From Thermodesulfobacteriota bacterium (GTDB lineage Bacteria; Desulfobacterota_D; UBA1144; Nemesobacterales; N074bin48), in NCBI GenBank assembly GCA_041572575.1, contig JBFFSH010000001.1:11341-75340 (forward strand): a stretch of DNA of 64,000 bases, given 5' to 3'. Made by a program: the position numbers and the translations under genes. Shown here in pieces: positions 19,141-28,634 of the stretch; the first letter of the stretch is position 1; every line of letters begins with the position of its first letter. The notes beneath the pieces were generated by a model. The model saw only the letters and a list, made by a program, of their open reading frames with translations, had not been told where the DNA came from and ran no database searches.

Positions 19141-19950
19141 TTAATTACTCCAGCTAAAGCTGTTATCTTTTGCAGGGAATTTGGATTTTGTTACATCTGA
19201 AGAAAAAGACTTTATGGCTTTTGTCATTAAGCCTTTAAAATCTGCATACTGTTTTACAAATTTAGGAACTCTGGAACTATGCAGTCCAACAAGGTCGTTT
19301 ATTACAAGCACCTGACCATCACAATGCGGCCCTGCACCGATTCCTATCGTGGGAATTGATACGCTGTTTGTTATTGCTTTTGCAAGCTCAAGAGGTATTC
19401 CTTCCAGTACTATGCTGTAGGCACCAGCAGATTCAGTAGCCTTGGCAAGCTTTATATATCTATTCTTTTCTTTTTTATCCCTGCCCTGAATCTTGTAACC
19501 TCCCATATTGTGAAAGGACTGCGGGCAGAGGCCGATATGACCCATTACAGGAATTCCTGCATTTACTATGGATTTTATTGTGTCTATATACTCATCTGTA
19601 GTTTCGAGTTTTACAGATTCGGCAAATCCTTCTTTCATTAACCGCCCGGTATTTTGTAGTGCTTGTTCCTTTGACGTTTGATAAGACATAAACGGCATAT
19701 CTGCACAGATGTGAGCTGTTTTTGCGCCGCGTGATACCAGCCTTGTATGATAGATCATATCCTCTATAGTTACAGGAATAGTAGTGTCCTGACCTTGTAC
19801 TACATTTCCGAGGGAATCTCCAACCAGGATGATATCTACCCCTGCTTCATCCACAATACGAGCGGTAATGGCATCATAGGAGGTAAGCATGACAAGCTTT
19901 TGCTTATCTTTCTTTTTCTTTATTATGTCGGGCACTCTTATTTTATTCAT
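19141..19950 (-). CDS. panB: 3-methyl-2-oxobutanoate hydroxymethyltransferase.
   Basis: KLVMLTSYDA...ILVGDSLG motif. Leads the panBCD operon. Confidence 0.9.
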   Translation of the reverse strand: MNKIRVPDIIKKKKDKQKLVMLTSYDAITARIVDEAGVDIILVGDSLGNVVQGQDTTIPVTIEDMIYHTRLVSRGAKTAHICADMPFMSYQTSKEQALQNTGRLMKEGFAESVKLETTDEYIDTIKSIVNAGIPVMGHIGLCPQSFHNMGGYKIQGRDKKEKNRYIKLAKATESAGAYSIVLEGIPLELAKAITNSVSIPTIGIGAGPHCDGQVLVINDLVGLHSSRVPKFVKQYADFKGLMTKAIKSFSSDVTKSKFPAKDNSFSWSN

Positions 19951-19992
19951 AATTCATAATTTATTATTCATAAAACATTAGTGCAGCACCCC

Positions 19993-20038
19993 AAAAAAGA
20001 CAAAAAAAAGCCAGCAGAGAGTTTGTCTCTCAGCCGGC
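19993..20038 (-). terminator. Rho-independent terminator downstream of rlpA on the minus strand.
   Basis: On the minus strand, GCCGGCTGAGAG-acaaa-CTCTCTGCTGGC forms a 12-bp stem with 2 mismatches, followed by TTTTTTTTGTCTTTTTT. Confidence 0.6.
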
Positions 20039-20208
20039 AGTCATTTTATATTTTTTATTAGAGGTACGGCTCATTGTTCCGTCCTGATTTTTCCTTTTAT
20101 AAAAAAATAAATCTAATTAAGCTAATCATAAGTCTCAGTTCCTGTTTTTTGGAATCTAAGCTTAGTAAAAATTTAATTACTATATTTATAATGTCAAATT
20201 TCTATAAC

Positions 20209-20904
20209 TTACTCAAGTTTTATTCTTGGCTTATAACCAAGATTTTTTAATTTTTTGTATTCAGCTTCTGCACTGCTTTTCGTATCGTATCCTACCAACC
20301 TTACCCTGTAGTAACTGTCATTATTGTGTGAATATTCATGTACATTTACATTGTCAAAGTTTGCCGAAAGTTTCTTTTTTAGTTTATATGCATTTGATTT
20401 GTCTTTGAACGAACCCACCTGAACAACATACTTACCTTTAAAGTAATTATCTTCCCTGTTAGGAGTGGAAATAACCTCTACTTTTACCTGTGCTGTACCA
20501 GGCCCAATAAGATCAACCTCTTTTGCAGCTGCATAGGATAAGTCAATAACCCTACCGGCAACAAAAGGCCCCCTGTCATTTATCCTTACAATAACGTCCA
20601 TTCCATTCTCAAGATTTGTTACCCTTACAATGGAGTCCATAGGAAGCGCTTTATGGGCAGCGGTAAGTTCATCCTTATCAAATACTTCGCCGCTTGCAGC
20701 CCTTCTTTTATGTTCTTCTATCCCATACCAAGAAGCTAGCCCAACCTGCACATTACCACTTACTTCACCCTCTAAATCTCCCAAACCCGGAAGTTCCTGT
20801 TCCACCGGAGGCCTGGGTTTGGGTTTCCTTTTTGGATAGTACTTGGAAACTCCACAAGACCATGCAAAAATCAGCATACATATCAATAAAAATTCTTTTT
20901 TCAT
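20209..20904 (-). CDS. rlpA: Septal-ring lytic transglycosylase RlpA-family lipoprotein (DPBB domain) with a C-terminal SPOR domain.
   Basis: Lipoprotein signal. DPBB core (ASWYG...TASGE...). C-terminal SPOR-like YVVQVGSF...YRVRLVGY. Confidence 0.8.
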   Translation of the reverse strand: MKKEFLLICMLIFAWSCGVSKYYPKRKPKPRPPVEQELPGLGDLEGEVSGNVQVGLASWYGIEEHKRRAASGEVFDKDELTAAHKALPMDSIVRVTNLENGMDVIVRINDRGPFVAGRVIDLSYAAAKEVDLIGPGTAQVKVEVISTPNREDNYFKGKYVVQVGSFKDKSNAYKLKKKLSANFDNVNVHEYSHNNDSYYRVRLVGYDTKSSAEAEYKKLKNLGYKPRIKLE

Positions 20905-21085
20905 TGCAGTAAATTCATTGAACAGACTTAATCAGATTGGTCTATTCAATAAGTTTTATAAAATATAACCTCATATTTCAAAACTAGATACAAATTTTTT
21001 TAAGAAAATATCACATAACCTTCGCTGATTTCTTGAGTTTACACAACTTTAGAATAGAATATGAATTTTAATATTTTTAAATAAA

Positions 21086-22270
21086 ATGGACAAAAATTCA
21101 GAAGATTTCTCATTAATACAAAGATTACCTAATTATGTTTTTAATTCAGTAAATGAATTGAAAACTAAATACAGGGCAAAGGGAGTAGATATTATCGATC
21201 TGGGTATGGGAAACCCTGATCAGCCTACTCCAAAACATATCGTAGATAAACTGGTTGAATCTGTAACCAAACCAAGAAATCACAGATATTCGGCATCTGC
21301 CGGAATTCCAAAACTAAGGCTTGCAATTTGTGACTGGTATAAGAGAAATTATAATGTTGATCTGAATCCTGACACAGAGGCTGTGGCTACAATCGGCTCA
21401 AAGGAAGGCATTTCTCACCTTATGCTTTCCATACTGTCACCAAGGGATATGGTAATAGTACCAAACCCGGCATACCCCATTCATATTTATTCGGTGATCA
21501 TAGCTAGGGGAGATATTCAGGGAGTTAAACTTTCAGACGATTCTACATTAATTGATGATATAGAAAAAAAAGTTAAAGAAGTCTATCCCAGACCAAAGGT
21601 TCTCTCAATTTCATTTCCCAATAATCCCACAACACAGACAGTAGACCTGGATTTCTTTAAAAGAATTTATGAGCTTGCAAAAGAGTATGGTCTTATAGTG
21701 GTTCATGACTTTGCATATGCAGACCTTTGTTTCGACGGGTATAAGGCTCCGAGTTTCCTTCAGGTAAAAGGAGCAAAAAAAGTTGGTGTAGAGTTTTACT
21801 CTCTGTCAAAAAGTTACAGTATGCCAGGGTGGAGAGTTGGATTTATGGTTGGCAATCCTAAAATAATAGCAGCACTTAAAAGGATTAAGAGTTATATGGA
21901 CTACGGCATTTTTCAGCCGATTCAGATTGCAGCAATAAGCGCACTTAACGGTCCGCAAAACTGCGTAGCTGAGATAACAGAAATTTACAGATCCAGAAGA
22001 GACAGGCTTTGCGAAGGGCTTACAAGGGCAGGCTGGCATATTGAAAAACCAAAGGCGACGATGTTCGTTTGGGGTGAAATACCCGAGCAGTTTAAAAAGA
22101 TGGGTTCTCTTGAGTTTTCTAAGCTATTAATAAAAAAAGCAGGCGTCGCAGTTTCCCCAGGTATAGGTTTTGGAAATCACGGCGAAGGTTATGTGCGCTT
22201 TGCTCTAGTAGAAAACGAGCAGAGGATCATGCAGGCAGTTAGGGGTATAAGGAAGCTTATTAATAGTTAA
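21086..22270 (+). CDS. PLP-dependent aminotransferase, class I/II (AspC/AlaT-like).
   Basis: 394 aa fold-type I aminotransferase. [14 protein letters not shown] contains the PLP lysine. Confidence 0.8.
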   Translation: MDKNSEDFSLIQRLPNYVFNSVNELKTKYRAKGVDIIDLGMGNPDQPTPKHIVDKLVESVTKPRNHRYSASAGIPKLRLAICDWYKRNYNVDLNPDTEAVATIGSKEGISHLMLSILSPRDMVIVPNPAYPIHIYSVIIARGDIQGVKLSDDSTLIDDIEKKVKEVYPRPKVLSISFPNNPTTQTVDLDFFKRIYELAKEYGLIVVHDFAYADLCFDGYKAPSFLQVKGAKKVGVEFYSLSKSYSMPGWRVGFMVGNPKIIAALKRIKSYMDYGIFQPIQIAAISALNGPQNCVAEITEIYRSRRDRLCEGLTRAGWHIEKPKATMFVWGEIPEQFKKMGSLEFSKLLIKKAGVAVSPGIGFGNHGEGYVRFALVENEQRIMQAVRGIRKLINS

Positions 22271-22361
22271 GTTATCTTTTACTGCTTTATTCAAAATTAT
22301 TAATTATATATTTTCCATCCACATATTTATCTATTTAATTATTCCTTTTAAAAAGGCACTT

Positions 22362-22377
22362 GACAGACAAGTCTGTC
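22362..22377. promoter_or_regulatory. Perfect 16-bp palindrome GACAGACAAGTCTGTC overlapping a TTGACA -35 box (22360-22365), with TATTAT at 22383-22388. Candidate TetR operator and promoter.
   Basis: Read directly from the sequence. Lies about 20 nt upstream of the preferred ATG start of the TetR gene. Confidence 0.6.
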
Positions 22378-22395
22378 TACATTATTATTTATTCC

Positions 22396-22983
22396 ATGAC
22401 AACTAAATCACAAGAAGTATCTCCAAGAGACAGAATAATTAAGACGGCTCTTGATCTGTTTTATAGTCAGGGCTATCTTGCAACTGGAATTAATCAGATA
22501 ATTTCAGAATCCGGCGTATCCAAGAATACTTTTTATTATCATTTCCCCTCAAAAGAGGATTTGTGCGTAGCATATTTAAGAGCACGGCATGATATTTGGA
22601 GCGGATGGCTTAAGGATAAGATAAACGAATTTGACTCTCCTTATGAAAGGTTTATAGCACCTATGGAATTTCTTCATGAGTGGATGCAGGCCTGTAATTA
22701 CAGGGGTTGCGCGTTTTTAAACATTGCTTCAGAGGTTCCTAATCTAAACACAAATATAAGAAGAGAAGTGGTCTATCACAAGAATTCTCTCAATTCCTTG
22801 CTAAAAGAACTAACCAAGGAACTAAAACGTTCAGACTCTAAGTACAGTGATATTGATGAAGAGCTTATCGGTAATTCATATTATGTAATTTTTGAAGGAG
22901 CAATAGTATCGAGTCAGAATTTTGGTGAAATTTGGCCTGTGGAAGCAGCCAGAAAAAATATTGAAAAAATTGTGAATCCCTAA
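22396..22983 (+). CDS. TetR/AcrR-family transcriptional regulator.
   Basis: N-terminal [40 protein letters not shown]. The ORF track begins at a TTG at 22360 that sits inside the operator. The ATG at 22396 gives a canonical TetR N-terminus. Confidence 0.8.
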   Translation: MTTKSQEVSPRDRIIKTALDLFYSQGYLATGINQIISESGVSKNTFYYHFPSKEDLCVAYLRARHDIWSGWLKDKINEFDSPYERFIAPMEFLHEWMQACNYRGCAFLNIASEVPNLNTNIRREVVYHKNSLNSLLKELTKELKRSDSKYSDIDEELIGNSYYVIFEGAIVSSQNFGEIWPVEAARKNIEKIVNP

Positions 22984-23007
22984 GATATATTTTTTTATCT
23001 TAAATAG

Positions 23008-23023
23008 TACAGACTTGTCTGTA
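23008..23023. promoter_or_regulatory. Second perfect 16-bp palindrome TACAGACTTGTCTGTA, sharing the ACAGAC-NN-GTCTGT core with the first, upstream of the hydrolase gene.
   Basis: Read directly from the sequence. It is 43-58 nt upstream of the ATG at 23066, which is preceded by an AGGAG RBS. Confidence 0.6.
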
Positions 23024-23065
23024 TGTTTAATGCATATAAATAAATCTAATAAAAGGAGAATAATA

Positions 23066-24070
23066 ATGAAACAAGTTAAATCATTTTTAACAAAGACATT
23101 AGTAGGAACAATTGTCGTAATCTCAGTTCTTTTTATAACCCTAGGATATTTAGAGGCTGCAGAGTCAAACCACGAAACAAAACCCAATGAACATAAGACC
23201 CTTCACAAAACAGTAGAGATAGACGGGCTTGAAATATTCTATAGAGAAGCAGGGCCAAAAGATGCACCGACCATACTTTTACTTCACGGTTTTCCGACAT
23301 CATCTCATATGTTTAGAAACCTAATAGAGGAGCTTTCGGATGATTTTCATCTGGTTGCCCCGGATTATCCTGGCTATGGCTTCAGCTCCATGCCTACAGT
23401 GGATGAGTTTGACTACAGTTTTGATAACCTTGCAAATATAGTACATAAATTCACAAAAAAAATAGGACTTGAAAATTACAGTCTGTATCTACAGGACTAT
23501 GGCGCTCCCGTAGGATTTAGACTTTTTACTAAAAATCCAAATAAAGTAGAGGCCCTTATTATTCAAAACGGTAATGCATATGATGAAGGCCTAAGAGACT
23601 TCTGGGTTCCTTTAAAAGCTTACTGGAAGGATAAATCAGATAAAAATGCTGAACCTCTAAAAGGTTTTCTTACGCTCGATGTAACCAAATGGCAGTTTAC
23701 TCATGGAGTAAGAAACCCGCAGACCATAAGCCCTGACAACTGGGGACATGTACAGCCGCTGCTTGACCGTCCGGGCAATCAGGCAATTCAGCTTGAGCTT
23801 TTCTACAGCTACGGCACAAACCCTCCGCTATATCCAAAATGGCAGGCATATATGAGAAACTATCAGCCGCCAACACTCATAGTCTGGGGTAAGAATGATT
23901 ATATCTTCCCGGCAGAAGGGGCTTATCCATACAAAAGAGATCTGAAAAACGTAGATTTTAATATACTGGACACAGGACACTTCGCATTAGAAGAAGATCT
24001 GGATGTGATAGCAAAACACATAAGAGATTTCTACGGTAAAAAGGTTGCAATGAAATCAAGAATTAAATAA
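23066..24070 (+). CDS. Exported alpha/beta-hydrolase (epoxide-hydrolase or haloalkane-dehalogenase-like).
   Basis: Signal or TM segment after [21 protein letters not shown]...[10 protein letters not shown] is an alpha/beta-hydrolase nucleophile-elbow region. The ORF track start at 23015 is a TTG inside the palindrome. Confidence 0.75.
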   Translation: MKQVKSFLTKTLVGTIVVISVLFITLGYLEAAESNHETKPNEHKTLHKTVEIDGLEIFYREAGPKDAPTILLLHGFPTSSHMFRNLIEELSDDFHLVAPDYPGYGFSSMPTVDEFDYSFDNLANIVHKFTKKIGLENYSLYLQDYGAPVGFRLFTKNPNKVEALIIQNGNAYDEGLRDFWVPLKAYWKDKSDKNAEPLKGFLTLDVTKWQFTHGVRNPQTISPDNWGHVQPLLDRPGNQAIQLELFYSYGTNPPLYPKWQAYMRNYQPPTLIVWGKNDYIFPAEGAYPYKRDLKNVDFNILDTGHFALEEDLDVIAKHIRDFYGKKVAMKSRIK

Positions 24071-24084
24071 CAAGTAAAAAACTG

Positions 24085-24112
24085 GCCGGGTGCTTACATA
24101 AAAGCATCCGGC
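24085..24112 (+). terminator. Hairpin GCCGGGTGCT-tacataaa-AGCATCCGGC just after the hydrolase stop. Possible terminator or attenuator.
   Basis: 10-bp stem with one G-U pair. No U-tract on the plus strand, but T6 follows on the minus strand. Confidence 0.35.
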
Positions 24113-24145
24113 AAAGTTGAATATAAAAGTAAAAGGGGGTTAAAA

Positions 24146-24808
24146 ATGTTATTAGAAAGAAGGATAGAGACAGGAAATAAAACAAATTATCTAAGTACAG
24201 ATTTAGACTACAACAATATAGCAGATGAGAAGTTGGCTGCACTATATGTAAATGGAAGAGACGAAGCAGCATTCAATGAACTTGTAAACAGATTTGGAGA
24301 CAAGATATACAGGCTTGCAATGAGGATAACCAAATCTCCTGAATCTGCCGAAGAGGTTTTACAAAGGGTATTTGTTAAATTGGTTGGGAAGCTAAGATTA
24401 TTCAGAGGTGACTCAAAGTTATCAACCTGGATTTATACAGTTAGCAGCAATGAAGCATTCAGGTATTTAAGAGAAAGGAATGGTTCGAGAGAATACAGTC
24501 TGGACGAATTAAGTGATAAACAAAGTGATGAACATAAAGGCTGGTTGCAACCAAGGGACACCAATCCAGACCCTGAAAGCAATGCTATTAATACTGAGAT
24601 ATCAGAAATATTGGATAATGCAATTAATGAACTGCAAGAGGAATATCGCACTGTGTTTCAGCTAAGAGATGTTGAGGGTTTATCCAATTGTGAAGTTGCA
24701 GAAATTCTTGGACTATCTATTCCTGCTGTTAAATCAAGGATTCTTAGGGCAAGGACTCAGCTTAAAGACAAATTATCTAAGCAGATTTCTAAAGATATCA
24801 TATCATGA
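24146..24808 (+). CDS. ECF-subfamily RNA polymerase sigma-70 factor.
   Basis: Region 2 (DEAAFNELVNRFGDKIYRLAMRI) and region 4 HTH (LSNCEVAEILGLSIPAVKSRILRAR). AGGGGG RBS upstream. Confidence 0.85.
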   Translation: MLLERRIETGNKTNYLSTDLDYNNIADEKLAALYVNGRDEAAFNELVNRFGDKIYRLAMRITKSPESAEEVLQRVFVKLVGKLRLFRGDSKLSTWIYTVSSNEAFRYLRERNGSREYSLDELSDKQSDEHKGWLQPRDTNPDPESNAINTEISEILDNAINELQEEYRTVFQLRDVEGLSNCEVAEILGLSIPAVKSRILRARTQLKDKLSKQISKDIIS

Positions 24809-24827
24809 AAGGAAAAGAGTCATAAAG

Positions 24828-27800
24828 TTAATATTCAAAATTGAAAAATATATCACCGCCGGATTGCTCGCTTCCTACATCACTGCCTACAGAAAGAAAG
24901 TCAAACAATCGATATTCCACTTTAACTGTATTAGTAGGAATAGATGACCCGGAATCAGATGATGATTTCCTCTCATAGGCAAAATAGATATCATCATTTA
25001 AGTATTTACCTACTTCAAGCTCAGGACCGGATTCACCTGATCCGAATGAGAGTACATCAGGGGAAACATTGTCGCCTAAAACTCCCTTAAGCTGATTAAG
25101 AGCTACCCCACCGGCAAGACCTGTAGCCGCTGATCCAAGTGCAGATCTTTCACCACTTCCAAGTTTGTCAGACGATGTTCCAAAGATTAAATATGAAACA
25201 ATATCAGTTTCCTGCAGTGAAGGATTGCTTGTTAACTTAATCTCAGGATTTTTAACATCTCCACCAATACCTACAAACACGTCCACATCCGAGACATTAT
25301 AAAGAGCAGTAATGTCGAGAAGAGGGTTAAGATCTTTTATCGCCGGGAAATTCACATTTCCTTCCTGTATTTTAAACAGTTTTCCAAATATTTTATATGT
25401 ACCTCTAACCGTCGATATATTTCCCGTTATAAGTGGTTCGTCTTTATATTCCTTATCAATTTTGAGTTTACCTTTAAGCTCAATATTAGCCCCCCTTCCC
25501 CTCACCCAGCTGTTCTTGGGAATCGTGACATTTAGATCCAAAGCCATATGGTCTTTAAAGTAGCTTCCTTTCTCTTCATCCTTGATCACAATCTCATCAT
25601 TTTCGTTAGTCTCTTGATCAACAAATTTAATTTCACTAACCTGTTGTTTTTTCTGCTGCGTAATAGTTATTCGTGTCTTGTTTAGAGTTGCATCTCCGGC
25701 TGCGCTTATATCTTTGCCATTTCCGCTTAACTGCAAATTCCCAGAAAGATCTGTTTTAATTCTTTTTGGGTTAATTCTAAACCTGTCGAATTCTCCCTGT
25801 GCCTTAAAACTCAGATCAGATAAATTAAAATCACCGCTTATACCCGCAGTACCATCTCCGCTGGATATCATAAATTCATTGAATACAGCTTTATCACCAT
25901 CGAATTTCATATTCCCATTATCAATTGTAATTTTATTTTTTAGCTGTTTTAATTTGAATTCTGTATCTTTGATCGCTGTATTTCCGAAAACTCTGGGAGC
26001 TTTTGGTGTACCTTTGATTTTTAAGTCCAGATCGATCACACCATTTATATCATCTAATGTATCTATAAAAGCTGAAAAAGGGCTGAGATTTAGATTTTGA
26101 GAAAATAGTGATAAGTCCATACTAGTAACACCAGAAGATTTTTCATTACTAAAATTTAGATCGGTATTAATAAAGCCTGAGAGATTAAGCTTGTTATTAT
26201 CCTGTAGATCCGAAGTGAGATTTATATCAAATTTCTTATTGCTATACTTTGTATTTAGGTTTAATTTACTTGATGCGAATTCTCTGTATTTAAGGTTGTC
26301 GATAGATAGCTGAGAATTTAGCCTGGGCGCTTTTGTGTTTCCGTTTATATCAAGATGGCCGTTCACTACACCACTGAAAGCTTCCTGTACATTTATTAAT
26401 TCAGAGATATTTTGCAGCTCAAAATTTATAAACTTTATATCACCTTTTAATTCATCACTTGCCGATATATTAAACACACCCTTAATACTGGACCCATTAC
26501 TGCCGAGATCAAGTCCGCTTATCCTTATGCCGTTACTATAGCCTACAACGAGTGTGTCATTGTTCTTAAATTCTGTATCTCCAAAGTTAAGTGTGATTTT
26601 CGAAAATTCTATATTTTTTTCCAATTCCAGATCGGCAATCTTAAACTCCAGGTTGTAATTATTATTGTCATTCTCAGTAAGCAGAATATCGCCGATCACC
26701 CGCCCATTTTTTGTAGATACATCATACTCCAGGCTATTAAATGGTCTGTCATTATATTTTAATCTATTAAATTGCCCCCTTGAATTTATAGTCGAAATAC
26801 CCTCATCAAATGATATAGCGCCCGTGGCATTGCCTTTGTCTGCTATCAATTTTTTTACCTTGAAATCAGACAGCTTGAGAGCATACTCAATGATTGGACT
26901 TTCCAACGTACCTTTAATCTGTCCTTTTATATCAGCTGACCCATGCATACCCAGATCATCTTTAATTTTGGATATAAAATCCAAATTTTCACTTTTTATA
27001 TCATAAGAAAAATCAAGTTTGTCATTTATGGCATTTCCGGAAGCGTTAATATTTACAAAATCAGACAGAAGCTTTACCGATACATTCTCAATCTTGTTTG
27101 GAGAAAATTTAGCTCGGATCGCACCACTTTTTATCTCATTTTTAAATATTCTTGATTTAAGTATATCAATTTGGGAACTTCCTTTTAAACCACTGATGCT
27201 AAAATTTGTGGGCAATGACGCATCAATATTAATCTTTGAATTAATTGAGCTATTATATTTCTTTTTGTTCAACAAATAGCCTATGTCGAGTTTATCGGTA
27301 GAACCCGTAATATCTGCAACAATGAGAGAATCTGAAATATTTAAGACTCCGCCTAGGTTTGCATCGCCAGCCTCACCAATCAAAATAAATTTTCTGATAT
27401 CAGTTTTTAGATCAAAGTTTTCACTTGCATTGAAAAAACCTGAGATCTGTAGTTCAGCGTTCAATGCAGATGCTATTTTTTCTATGTCAGCCGGAATTTC
27501 AGTATCAATATTCGGAACTTTAGATAATCTTGAATAATCAAAATCAGACAACTTTAGAACTGCAAAAAACTCATTATTCTTATCTTTATCGAAAATATTT
27601 TTAAGATCTGTATCAATGCCAATTTCTGCTTTACCGGCATCTCCATCAAGGGTAGCATTTTTCATATTTAGAACAGAATTTTTGATCGATATGTCACCAG
27701 CATCAAATGAGAATTTGTTTTCCAGATATTGAGAATTATCGATATCAATACTAAATTTACCGTTAATATCGTCTGTAGTTGTAAAATCACCTTCACCTTT

Positions 27801-28634
27801 AAAATCCAGGTTCAGTTTGAGTTTTTCGTTACTAAAATCAGTTACCTTTGTTCTGACAGAAAATAGTTTTTCACCCGAATTTTTAAATTCTCCGGACATG
27901 AATATATCAGCGCCATTAAAACCAAACTTTAATTCACCAATTTCAACTTCTTCCTTGCTGAGCTTAAGTGTGGATGAAGATAAATTGTTTATAATTATCT
28001 CATCCGGATCAATATTAATCCGGCCACTATGAAAGTTTATTTCAGCAGCAGCAGGGTTTGTTGCAAGTCTTACTGTAGAATTAAAATCGTTTATATCAAT
28101 AGTTCTTACTGTATCAGCTTGTTTATTAAAAATCGAAACCCTGGTATCTAAAATCTCAAAACTATTTATGGAAACAATCCAGCTAGAACTCTCTTTTTGT
28201 GTGAGTTGTTCATCCTCATTTTTAGGTTCTTTACGACTTAACCGGCTATAGTTCCAGATTCCGTCCTGGTTTTTGCTGAGTACTAGTTTAAGTCCATCAA
28301 TTTTAAAGCTGTCTACATTTATATGCCCCGCTGAAAAATCATTAATAATATTTAATGCACTTAATGGATATCCAAGAGTAATATTTCTAGCTTCCAGAAA
28401 TTTATTGTTATCAATTTCTAGTTCGGTGTCATTTATTACAATTCCATCTATTAAAGCAAAATCCACCTTGCCTATCTTTAACTGCTGTCCCATAGATTTG
28501 CTTACGGAGCTTTTTATAAGATCGACAATCTTATTTTGAACAAAACTCGTCTTAATAAGCAGAGATAATGAAAATATCCCTACAATTAGTAGAACCAGCA
28601 AAACTGAAAATATCTTTATTATTTTAGAACGCAT
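24828..28634 (-). CDS. tamB: Translocation and assembly module subunit TamB (AsmA/DUF490 family).
   Basis: 1268 aa. N-terminal signal-anchor, long beta-rich repetitive body, C-terminal DUF490-like end ...GGDIFFNFEY. Its start overlaps the tamA stop. Confidence 0.8.
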   Translation of the reverse strand: MRSKIIKIFSVLLVLLIVGIFSLSLLIKTSFVQNKIVDLIKSSVSKSMGQQLKIGKVDFALIDGIVINDTELEIDNNKFLEARNITLGYPLSALNIINDFSAGHINVDSFKIDGLKLVLSKNQDGIWNYSRLSRKEPKNEDEQLTQKESSSWIVSINSFEILDTRVSIFNKQADTVRTIDINDFNSTVRLATNPAAAEINFHSGRINIDPDEIIINNLSSSTLKLSKEEVEIGELKFGFNGADIFMSGEFKNSGEKLFSVRTKVTDFSNEKLKLNLDFKGEGDFTTTDDINGKFSIDIDNSQYLENKFSFDAGDISIKNSVLNMKNATLDGDAGKAEIGIDTDLKNIFDKDKNNEFFAVLKLSDFDYSRLSKVPNIDTEIPADIEKIASALNAELQISGFFNASENFDLKTDIRKFILIGEAGDANLGGVLNISDSLIVADITGSTDKLDIGYLLNKKKYNSSINSKINIDASLPTNFSISGLKGSSQIDILKSRIFKNEIKSGAIRAKFSPNKIENVSVKLLSDFVNINASGNAINDKLDFSYDIKSENLDFISKIKDDLGMHGSADIKGQIKGTLESPIIEYALKLSDFKVKKLIADKGNATGAISFDEGISTINSRGQFNRLKYNDRPFNSLEYDVSTKNGRVIGDILLTENDNNNYNLEFKIADLELEKNIEFSKITLNFGDTEFKNNDTLVVGYSNGIRISGLDLGSNGSSIKGVFNISASDELKGDIKFINFELQNISELINVQEAFSGVVNGHLDINGNTKAPRLNSQLSIDNLKYREFASSKLNLNTKYSNKKFDINLTSDLQDNNKLNLSGFINTDLNFSNEKSSGVTSMDLSLFSQNLNLSPFSAFIDTLDDINGVIDLDLKIKGTPKAPRVFGNTAIKDTEFKLKQLKNKITIDNGNMKFDGDKAVFNEFMISSGDGTAGISGDFNLSDLSFKAQGEFDRFRINPKRIKTDLSGNLQLSGNGKDISAAGDATLNKTRITITQQKKQQVSEIKFVDQETNENDEIVIKDEEKGSYFKDHMALDLNVTIPKNSWVRGRGANIELKGKLKIDKEYKDEPLITGNISTVRGTYKIFGKLFKIQEGNVNFPAIKDLNPLLDITALYNVSDVDVFVGIGGDVKNPEIKLTSNPSLQETDIVSYLIFGTSSDKLGSGERSALGSAATGLAGGVALNQLKGVLGDNVSPDVLSFGSGESGPELEVGKYLNDDIYFAYERKSSSDSGSSIPTNTVKVEYRLFDFLSVGSDVGSEQSGGDIFFNFEY

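Noticed and set aside
22360-23065. ORF-track start codons for the TetR (22360) and hydrolase (23015) genes
   Set aside because: Both are TTG codons located inside the operator palindromes and give atypical N-termini. Downstream ATG codons (22396 and 23066, the latter with an AGGAG RBS) are preferred.
24828-28634. Many 60-140-aa plus-strand ORFs (25312-28539) listed inside tamB
   Set aside because: They are antisense to a single continuous 1268-aa ORF with clear TamB features. Low-complexity, AT-rich coding sequence generates open antisense frames. There are no independent start or RBS signals.
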